Assembly (NCBI GenBank): GCA_021735045.1
Contig: JAIPHU010000023.1
Coordinates: 1 to 10,667, forward strand
Direction: 5' to 3'
DNA length: 10,667 bases
Source: Candidatus Omnitrophota bacterium
Lineage (GTDB): Bacteria; Omnitrophota; Gorgyraeia; Duberdicusellales; 4484-171
The notes under the pieces are model-generated. The model was not told the origin of the DNA and searched no databases. It saw only the letters and a list, made by a program, of their open reading frames with translations. Each line of letters opens with the position of its first letter. The first letter of the stretch is position 1. The position numbers and the translations under genes are program-made. Below are positions 1 through 5,721 of the stretch, one piece after another.

Positions 1-750
1 GACCCTAATTTTTTTTATCAAAGCTCAACCCATAAGGAAGTTTTAGCAACTCTTAATTTTGGCATCAGGCAAAAAAAAGGTTTAGTTACTCTTATTGGAG
101 AGGTGGGGACTGGTAAAACCACTCTTTGTAAAGTATTTCTAAATCGATTGCCTAAAGAAGTGGCAACCTCTGTAATTTTTAGTTATCCTAATTTTAGTGA
201 AACTCAACTCTTAAAAAGTATTCTCACTGATTTTGGCCTTGAACCGGGCCGGAAAAACCGTTTTGATTTAGTAAAAGGCCTTAATTCGTTTTTAGTGGAT
301 ACTTCTTTATCCGGCGGAAATGCCTTGCTGGTTATTGACGAGGCGCAAAATTTAACCTCTAAACAACTTGAGCAAATTCGGCTTTTATCTAACTTAGAGA
401 CTTCTCAAGAAAAGTTGCTTCAGATTTTATTAATTGGCCAGCCGGAGTTAAAAGATAAATTGAATAATTTTAAACTACGCCAAATAAAACAAAGAATAAG
501 CATCCGCTGCCGGCTGTTGCCGTTAAGAAAAGATGAAATTAAACAATATGTTCATTATCGCCTCCAAAGATCAGGATCAGAAAATTTATTATTAGAAGAT
601 AATTGTTACCAAATAATCTATCAGTTTTCAAAAGGAATCCCTAGATTGATAAATTTACTTTGCGAACGGGTTTTGCTTTTAGGGTTTATCCAGGAAAAAA
701 ATCAAATCACTGCTTCGATGCTAAAAGTTTGCATCGAGGAATTGCAGTAA
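1..750 (+). CDS. ExeA/GspA-like AAA+ ATPase (AAA_22-type; general secretion pathway protein A / MshM-like), 5' end cut by window edge
   Basis: Frame 1 is open from nt 1 (DPNFFYQSSTHKEVLATLNFGIRQKKGLVTLIGEVGTGKT...), so the GTG at 103 in the ORF track is internal. Walker A GEVGTGKT lies at 97-120 and Walker B LLVIDEAQ at 325-348. Downstream, LLSNLET..LLQILLIGQPEL...LRQIKQRI....LLPL..DEI..YV.YRLQ matches the ExeA/COG3267 pattern as I recall it. TAA stop at 748-750. The protein ends soon after the ATPase core, so there is no long C-terminal peptidoglycan-binding domain. Confidence 0.8.
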   Translation, partial: DPNFFYQSSTHKEVLATLNFGIRQKKGLVTLIGEVGTGKTTLCKVFLNRLPKEVATSVIFSYPNFSETQLLKSILTDFGLEPGRKNRFDLVKGLNSFLVDTSLSGGNALLVIDEAQNLTSKQLEQIRLLSNLETSQEKLLQILLIGQPELKDKLNNFKLRQIKQRISIRCRLLPLRKDEIKQYVHYRLQRSGSENLLLEDNCYQIIYQFSKGIPRLINLLCERVLLLGFIQEKNQITASMLKVCIEELQ

Positions 751-769
751 ATTAATGGGCAAAGATAAT

Positions 770-850
770 CAACGAATATACGAATTAATTACGAATTTAC
801 GAATATTTTTATTTTTTATTTGTATATTCGCATAGATTAGTAAATTCGCA
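770..850. repeat. Array of six CGAAT/ATTCG motifs (four direct, two inverted) in the exeA-like/gspB-like intergenic spacer
   Basis: CGAAT occurs at 773-777, 781-785, 792-796 and 800-804, including the tandem TTACGAAT TTACGAAT at 789-804. ATTCG occurs at 826-830 and 844-848. Exact inverted 8-mers: CGAATATA (773-780) with TATATTCG (823-830), and CGAATTTA (792-799) with TAAATTCG (841-848). CG-containing 5-mers should be rare in this AT-rich spacer. Confidence 0.6.
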
Positions 851-876
851 GATGAAAATTAATTAATAAAATCACC

Positions 877-1338
877 ATGAGTATAATTTATGACGCCCTA
901 AAGAAGGCAGACGGAAATTCTGCCGGTATTATTTCTAAAGATAACCAGCCGAAAAAAAAGAAATCAAATCGAAACAAAGTTAAACTATTTATTTTAATAA
1001 CTTTTTTTTTGAGTATAGTTTTTGTTGCAGTTTTTAATTTTTCTTCTAAAAAACGGGGCTTACCAGAGCCGGTAGTTTCAGAGCTAAAACAAGAAAAGAA
1101 TCAAAACACTGGATTAAAAACAAAAGTTCAAAAAATAGAGCCAAAACAAACTAGTCCGAGTTATAAATTAGAAGGAATAGTTTTTGATAAAAATAATCCG
1201 TTTGCGATTATTAATGGGAAGCAAGTCTATGAAGGCGATAAAATAGGCGATTATATAGTTTCGCAAATAAATAAAGAATCTGTAGGGCTAAGCGGAAAGG
1301 ATGCTAAAGAAAGTAAAATACTTTCAATATCATTTTAA
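877..1338 (+). CDS. GspB-like small single-pass membrane protein (type II secretion protein B / ExeB-like)
   Basis: The N-terminus MSIIYDALKKA resembles the MSYILDALKKAE-type start I recall for GspB-like proteins. It has a Lys-rich segment and one TM helix (LFILITFFLSIVFVAVFNF). The C-terminal motif LEGIVFDKNNPFAIINGKQVYEGDKIGDYIVSQINKESVGL (about 1162-1290) fits the T2SSB pattern (L.GI....A.ING..v.eGd.i....v..I....V.L). It sits directly downstream of an ExeA-like ATPase. No obvious SD. Confidence 0.55.
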   Translation: MSIIYDALKKADGNSAGIISKDNQPKKKKSNRNKVKLFILITFFLSIVFVAVFNFSSKKRGLPEPVVSELKQEKNQNTGLKTKVQKIEPKQTSPSYKLEGIVFDKNNPFAIINGKQVYEGDKIGDYIVSQINKESVGLSGKDAKESKILSISF

Positions 1339-1345
1339 AATCCCT

Positions 1346-1381
1346 TATGCAACAAAATAGGTTCAACCTGAAATGTTGCAT
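1346..1381. repeat. Copy A of a 36-nt palindrome-ended element (ATGCAACA-N19-TGTTGCAT) in a convergent intergenic gap
   Basis: Sequence tatgcaacaaaataggttcaacctgaaatgttgcat. The 8-bp stem pairs 1347-1354 with 1374-1381, leaving a 19-nt loop. It is 32/36 identical to 3835-3870 in the same orientation. It lies between the stop of the gspB-like gene (1338) and the stop of the minus-strand GH94-like gene (1394), so it may also act as a weak bidirectional terminator. The loop is long and there is no clear U-tract. Confidence 0.7.
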
Positions 1382-1393
1382 TAGCGGTAATAA

Positions 1394-3775
1394 TTATTTA
1401 GATTTTTCTTTTAATAGGGTGTGGATGTACCAACTGGCTGAGCCGGTAAGGTAGGAATAAAGGCCTTGGCCCTGGCTATTAAAGTATTCAGGCAGTTGAG
1501 GGTAGGTTGTATTTGAGTTGGATTTAATCATCTTATAAAGAGAATTAAAAACTGATTTTCCTTCCTTAATAAAACCTCGTTTATAAAGAGCATAAGCAAA
1601 CATAATAATCATATGGCTAAAAAAAGCACCATTTTCTTTATCGCCGTATTTAAAGCCGAAGGCCCTTCCTAGCTCTGGATAAATAGAACCAAAATTTGTA
1701 TTAAGGTGAAAGCTTTTATTTTTATCTTTTAAGTATTTGTTTGCTGATTGCCAAATTTTTTTAATTTGAGCTGGAGTAGCTATTCCGCTCATTATTGCAA
1801 ATACTTGTGGGGCAAGCATCATTTGCATTTTTCCTTTATTTTTACCCCCGACCCTTCTTTCCTTATTATCATAATAGCCGTTAAAAAAACCTTCATCTAA
1901 CCATTCTTTTTTTAGAAGCCAGCCGCTTAGATGTCTATATTTTTTATTTAAGTCAGAAATAATATTATCTATAGATATCTTTATTTTCTCACCCGATATT
2001 TTTATTGTATTTTCTAGATAGGATTTTAATCTTTTTTGCTTTTGGTAAAAATTATTATAATTAATTGGATTTTTTAAATTATCTAGAAGAAAAGTCAGTT
2101 CTTTTAAAAGTTCAAGGTGAGATTGTTTTTTCTTTAAAGATGTTAAAAGTTCAATTATTCCTTTTAAATTATGGGCATACATAAAACTAAAAGTTACAGT
2201 TTCGCCTGATTCACTTGCCATATCTAAGGCATCATTCCAGTCAGCACTTCCTAGCTTGATAATATTGTGAGAACCAACATTAAAAAAGGATGTTAAATTT
2301 TGAATAAGAAGGTGTTCTAAGATGCTGCCTTTATAAATTTTTTTGTTAATTGTGCGCAAAATAAAATCTTTTTGTTTAAAATCAGGATCTATTTTTTTGG
2401 CTCGAAATAAGTGGGAGTCACGAAAATAGGGAAGTTGATGATTTAGAATATTTATATCAGTATTGTAGTTGAGGTAAGATTTTAAAGTAAGATATGGCCA
2501 GATTCCGTGGTCAGACCAAACCCGGCTTATCTTGTTGCGGTCAGATAAAAAACTATTATCTTTTTTTATTATAGTAGCGTTTGAGCCGTCTAGGCGTATG
2601 CCTGAAAAAGAATTTATTATTAATTTTTGGGCTTCTTTTGGCTCATAATGTAATAAGATTAAAGCATCTTGCCAAAGATCCCGCCAGCCCCTGCCGCCCT
2701 TGCCATAGTCAAAATGGGGCAGAAAAGAACAGCCAAATAGTTTTCTAAGAGTTGGCTGGGCTTTTACCCATTTAAGCCAGCTGTTGTAGGTTTTATCTTT
2801 AAAAGTAAAATTTATCTTTTCAAAATTTTTTTGCCAATATTTTTTTGTGCTTTCTAAATATTTTTCTATCTTTTTTTCTCTATTTATTTTAGTAAAAGTA
2901 TTAATTATCTTTTTTTTACAACTTTTTTTAGATCCCGAAGTTAGGCCTAATCCCAAGATATAGTTAATTTGTTGGCCTTTTTTTAATTTTTTATTTTCAA
3001 AATCAAAAGCAGCTATAACTTCCTTACCATCAAAACTATCTATTTTTCTTTTAGCTGATTTTTTATTTTCATAAATTGCATCAGGCTTTGTTAGGCTTCC
3101 TTCTCCGCAGAAACAATCAAGAGTAGGGAATTGGCCTTTGATTTTGACTTGACTGCTTTTGGCTAAACAAAAATAAGTAGTTTTATTCAGCTTGTGGCCT
3201 TCTTCATTAAATAAAAGGGTAGGCCTAAGAAAAATACCATCTTTGACTAAATCAACCCTATTTAAAAGGCTGCTTACGTGCCGGTGGCCGCGCAGTGTTG
3301 CTTCGCTTCTTCCGTAGAGAGGGATAGCCGAATAAGCGCTGATATCTAAGTTTTTTTTTGATTTATTTTTTACCTTGATTTGCATAACTTCAATATCAAG
3401 GTTATAAGGGATAAAATTTAATATTTCTATATCGATTAACTTTGTATATTTTGTAAGTTTGTGATAAAAAAATCCGGCTTGAAGTTGGCCAGGGTATGGA
3501 TCTGAGAGCCTGATAATTTCTTCTTTTTTTGAGCTAACTTTAATTTTTATAAAAAAATCTCTACGAACTAAAGGGTTATGTTTTAGATCTATTGCAGTTG
3601 CGGGTGGAGTAAGAAAGTGGTCGTTATCCTTTTTTATATCCCCGGCTAAATTGGGACTAATCGAAGAAAGTAAACTTCCTGATTTATTTGTTAAGGGAAA
3701 GTAGTTGTTATGTTTGTGAGCATCCTTAACTGTAAATTCTTCTGTGTTGTTATTAAATTTATATATCATTATCAT
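1394..3775 (-). CDS. GH94-like glycoside phosphorylase/hydrolase (cellobiose/chitobiose phosphorylase family, (alpha/alpha)6-barrel)
   Basis: 793-aa ORF. Motifs recalled from GH94 enzymes are GRGWRDLWQDA (the RD..QD motif), SADWNDALD (the DWND catalytic-Asp motif), KENGAFFSH (ENGG.F.H-like) and YLTGSASWY near the C-terminus (TG(T/S)A.W). The N-terminal part is beta-sandwich-like. It is the only minus-strand gene in the window. No SD upstream of the ATG at 3775. Confidence 0.65.
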   Translation of the reverse strand: MIMIYKFNNNTEEFTVKDAHKHNNYFPLTNKSGSLLSSISPNLAGDIKKDNDHFLTPPATAIDLKHNPLVRRDFFIKIKVSSKKEEIIRLSDPYPGQLQAGFFYHKLTKYTKLIDIEILNFIPYNLDIEVMQIKVKNKSKKNLDISAYSAIPLYGRSEATLRGHRHVSSLLNRVDLVKDGIFLRPTLLFNEEGHKLNKTTYFCLAKSSQVKIKGQFPTLDCFCGEGSLTKPDAIYENKKSAKRKIDSFDGKEVIAAFDFENKKLKKGQQINYILGLGLTSGSKKSCKKKIINTFTKINREKKIEKYLESTKKYWQKNFEKINFTFKDKTYNSWLKWVKAQPTLRKLFGCSFLPHFDYGKGGRGWRDLWQDALILLHYEPKEAQKLIINSFSGIRLDGSNATIIKKDNSFLSDRNKISRVWSDHGIWPYLTLKSYLNYNTDINILNHQLPYFRDSHLFRAKKIDPDFKQKDFILRTINKKIYKGSILEHLLIQNLTSFFNVGSHNIIKLGSADWNDALDMASESGETVTFSFMYAHNLKGIIELLTSLKKKQSHLELLKELTFLLDNLKNPINYNNFYQKQKRLKSYLENTIKISGEKIKISIDNIISDLNKKYRHLSGWLLKKEWLDEGFFNGYYDNKERRVGGKNKGKMQMMLAPQVFAIMSGIATPAQIKKIWQSANKYLKDKNKSFHLNTNFGSIYPELGRAFGFKYGDKENGAFFSHMIIMFAYALYKRGFIKEGKSVFNSLYKMIKSNSNTTYPQLPEYFNSQGQGLYSYLTGSASWYIHTLLKEKSK

Positions 3776-3825
3776 CTATTCTATAACAATAAGGGTGGTT
3801 TGGACAAATATTTTTTTAACAATAT

Positions 3826-3880
3826 ATAAACCACTATGCAACAAAACAGGTTCAAACGAAAATGTTGCATAGTGGTTTAT
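3826..3880. repeat. Copy B of the palindrome-ended element, extended to a perfect 18-bp stem with a 19-nt loop, in a divergent intergenic region
   Basis: The left arm ataaaccactatgcaaca (3826-3843) is the exact reverse complement of tgttgcatagtggtttat (3863-3880). The loop is aaacaggttcaaacgaaaa (3844-3862). The core 3835-3870 is 32/36 identical to 1346-1381, and that identity includes the loop. It lies between the divergent starts at 3775 (-) and 3956 (+), so it cannot be a terminator of either flanking gene. Confidence 0.75.
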
Positions 3881-3919
3881 TCGGGACAGGACAATTTAAT
3901 TTTATTTTTAAAGACAATC

Positions 3920-3928
3920 TGATATAAT
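3920..3928 (+). promoter_or_regulatory. Candidate extended -10 promoter element (TGaTATAAT) for the thioredoxin-like/DsbD-like gene
   Basis: TG at 3920-3921, one base, then a perfect TATAAT at 3923-3928, 27 nt upstream of the ATG at 3956. The -35 at 17-bp spacing (ttttat, 3900-3905) is poor, which extended -10 promoters tolerate. AT-rich background raises the false-positive rate. Confidence 0.4.
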
Positions 3929-3955
3929 AATTTTTAATAGGAAAAATAGAAAGTT

Positions 3956-5683
3956 ATGGCAAAATATAAAAGTATAGTAATTTTAGCAGTAATTTTTATT
4001 GGATTGGTATCTAATTTTTCAGGATTTTCACAAGAATCCGCTGATAGCTTACCTTCTCTTTGTGCAGTATATCTTACCGGCATTGGCTGTAGCAATTGCG
4101 CTATAACCGATCCTTTAATTTTTTCAGAAATCCCGTCTGAATATAATAATTTTGTGGTAATTGAATATGAAATTTATAAATCCGCTGCAGCTAACCAAGA
4201 AGTGAGTGCAAAATATTTTAAAAATTATTTATCTGGCACTCGCCCCGGTGTGCCTTTTTTCATTTTAAATAAAGACACAAAAGCTTTAGGCCGCATACAG
4301 GTGGCTAAAGCTAAAGAATTATTAGAGAAGAAAGAAATAAATCCGTGTTCTTTGCCATTAGGAGAAAGCAAAGATTTTAAAAATTTAGATTTAAGCTCTT
4401 TGCCGGGAGAAATAAAAGTTTGGTATAAAGATCGAGTATTAATTTCAGATGGGAAAAGAAATGATAGCAAAAAATTAAAAGAATTGCTGCTTTCAGACAA
4501 TCCAGATTTAATTGTAGAAAGAAATAATATTAAACAGGTTGAACCGAAAAAGGTTTTGATCTCGGGGGGAAAGATTTCTTTTAAAAAAGCAGTTAATCTA
4601 GATGGATGGTTGTTTCAATGGCAACAAGATAAGATAGTTAAAGATAAACCGGCCGCAAAACAGATAAAAAAACCGGTTGAGCCACAAGTTACACCCGATA
4701 CGAGAAAAGTATTAATTGGCCACATACTTTTTTTAAAAAAGGAAATTAAAACTAAAAATTTATATATTGGTTTAGAAGCTTTAATTATATTGTTGCTTCT
4801 GCTTCTGCTTTTTAGGAACAAATTAAGATTATTATTTCGCAAAGATAAAAAAAACTTAAATAATTTAATTGTAATAGCTTTTTCCTTGTTTGCTATTGTG
4901 TTTACTTTTATTTTAGCAAAAGATATTCCCCCCAATCTATTAAGAAATTTTAGTAATAAAGTACCTTTCTCTGTATTTACTTTTTTTATTGCTTTTGTTG
5001 ATGGGTTTAATCCTTGTAATTTGTTTGTATTGACTTTATTATTAGCACTTTTAATTTCAGCTTCTGGCAGCAGAAAAAGGATTTACTTGGTAGGTTTTAG
5101 TTTTGTGTTTGTTGTGTTTCTTTTTTATTTTTTATTTATGGTAGCTTGGCTTAATATTTTTAAATATTTTAGTTTTTTTACTTACGTTAGAATAATTATC
5201 GGAGCTATTGCAATTTTAGCTGGATTAATTAATTGTAAAGATTATTTTTTCTTTAAAAAAGGAATTTCTTTGACTATCGGCAAGAAACAAAAAGGGGTGC
5301 TTGTTAAAAAGATGGATCGGGTACGAAAAATTATTGGCGGCGGGTCACTCTTGATGCTGATTTTATCTTCGTTAGGACTAGCAATTTTTAGTTCACTTGT
5401 TGAGCTTCCGTGTACAGCCGGTTTTCCGATAATATTTACAACTATTCTTGCCAGTAAAGCTGCTATAGCAACTAGCAGTTATTATCTCTGGATATTACTT
5501 TATAATTTAATTTATATACTACCTTTGGCGGTAATAGTTGCAATTTTTGGCTATACTTTTCGAGCTAAAAGGATTAGCCAAAAACAAATTGAAATTATAA
5601 AGCTGATTGGTGGGATTATTATGGTAGCTTTAGGTTTAATCCTTATAATTAACCCCCAAATTATCGGAGTTACTCTACAATAA
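3956..5683 (+). CDS. Secreted thioredoxin/glutaredoxin-like CxxC domain fused to a DsbD/CcdA-like polytopic thiol-disulfide transfer membrane domain
   Basis: Signal peptide: MAKYKSIVILAVIFIGLVSNFSGFS/QE. The Trx-like signature is VYLTGIGC45SNC48A (4088-4099), followed by a cis-Pro-like GVPFF (P100). A ~130-aa region of unknown fold and a Lys-rich linker come next, then about 8 TM helices. Two intramembrane Pro-Cys motifs are typical of the CcdA/DsbD family: DGFNPC354 (5000-5017) and ELPC486TAGFP (Cys codon 5411-5413). Confidence 0.6.
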   Translation: MAKYKSIVILAVIFIGLVSNFSGFSQESADSLPSLCAVYLTGIGCSNCAITDPLIFSEIPSEYNNFVVIEYEIYKSAAANQEVSAKYFKNYLSGTRPGVPFFILNKDTKALGRIQVAKAKELLEKKEINPCSLPLGESKDFKNLDLSSLPGEIKVWYKDRVLISDGKRNDSKKLKELLLSDNPDLIVERNNIKQVEPKKVLISGGKISFKKAVNLDGWLFQWQQDKIVKDKPAAKQIKKPVEPQVTPDTRKVLIGHILFLKKEIKTKNLYIGLEALIILLLLLLLFRNKLRLLFRKDKKNLNNLIVIAFSLFAIVFTFILAKDIPPNLLRNFSNKVPFSVFTFFIAFVDGFNPCNLFVLTLLLALLISASGSRKRIYLVGFSFVFVVFLFYFLFMVAWLNIFKYFSFFTYVRIIIGAIAILAGLINCKDYFFFKKGISLTIGKKQKGVLVKKMDRVRKIIGGGSLLMLILSSLGLAIFSSLVELPCTAGFPIIFTTILASKAAIATSSYYLWILLYNLIYILPLAVIVAIFGYTFRAKRISQKQIEIIKLIGGIIMVALGLILIINPQIIGVTLQ

Positions 5684-5709
5684 ATTCGAAATCTAATATC
5701 GAAATTCGA
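5682..5709. repeat. Two direct AAATTCGA motifs 20 bp apart in the 38-nt spacer before the radical-SAM gene
   Basis: aaattcga occurs at 5682-5689 (overlapping the upstream TAA stop) and at 5702-5709. It shares the ATTCG core with the 770-850 array, where TAAATTCG also occurs at 841-848. Confidence 0.45.
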
Positions 5710-5721
5710 GTTTAATATTTT

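Noticed and set aside
103-105. The GTG at 103 as the start of the first CDS, as the ORF track implies.
   Set aside because: This codon is the Val inside the Walker A loop (GE-V-GTGKT). The frame is open back to nt 1, with sequence typical of the ExeA N-terminal region, so the gene is truncated by the window.
1002-1010. Homopolymer tracts inside genes as possible phase-variation switches. Examples are T9 at 1002-1010 in the gspB-like gene, T9 at 3351-3359 (A9 on the coding strand of the GH94-like gene), and A8 at about 951-958.
   Set aside because: Such runs encode Phe/Lys stretches and are common in AT-rich genomes. All reading frames are intact here, and there is no population data to show length variation.
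1347-1454. Small ORFs begin inside both copies of the palindromic element. One is at 1347-1454 (35 aa, MQQNRFNLKCCISG...). The other is at 3836-3922 (28 aa, MQQNRFKRKCCIVV...). They share the start MQQNRF-x-x-KCCI, which is tempting as Cys-rich peptide precursors near a radical-SAM gene.
   Set aside because: The similarity stops exactly at the end of the 36-nt palindrome, and the MQQ and CCI parts are simply the two complementary arms read in frame. There is no SD before either ATG. Copy A's frame runs antisense into the GH94-like gene. Nucleic-acid-level conservation explains it better. I would reconsider only if ribosome profiling or peptidomics showed expression.
1346-3880. The two 36-nt repeats read as a CRISPR array (the length and partly palindromic form are repeat-like).
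   Set aside because: There are only two copies, about 2.45 kb apart, with a full-length protein gene between them. There is no regular repeat-spacer periodicity and no cas genes.
4532-4550. aaacaggttgaaccgaaaa inside the Trx/DsbD gene matches the loop of repeat copy B (aaacaggttcaaacgaaaa) at 17/19 positions.
   Set aside because: It has no flanking ATGCAACA/TGTTGCAT arms. It is in-frame coding sequence for KQVEPKK, a peptide motif that recurs as KKPVEPQ at about 4666-4686. It is A-rich and low in complexity. It is identical in sense rather than complementary, so there is no antisense logic. This is probably chance, although I could not compute a proper background probability.
4225-4935. Antisense ORFs at 4225-4500 (91 aa) and 4615-4935 (106 aa) lie opposite the Trx/DsbD gene.
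   Set aside because: They lie wholly inside a well-supported + strand CDS. Their translations are low-complexity, Lys/Phe/Ser-rich products typical of the antisense frame of AT-rich genes. They have no motifs and no SD.
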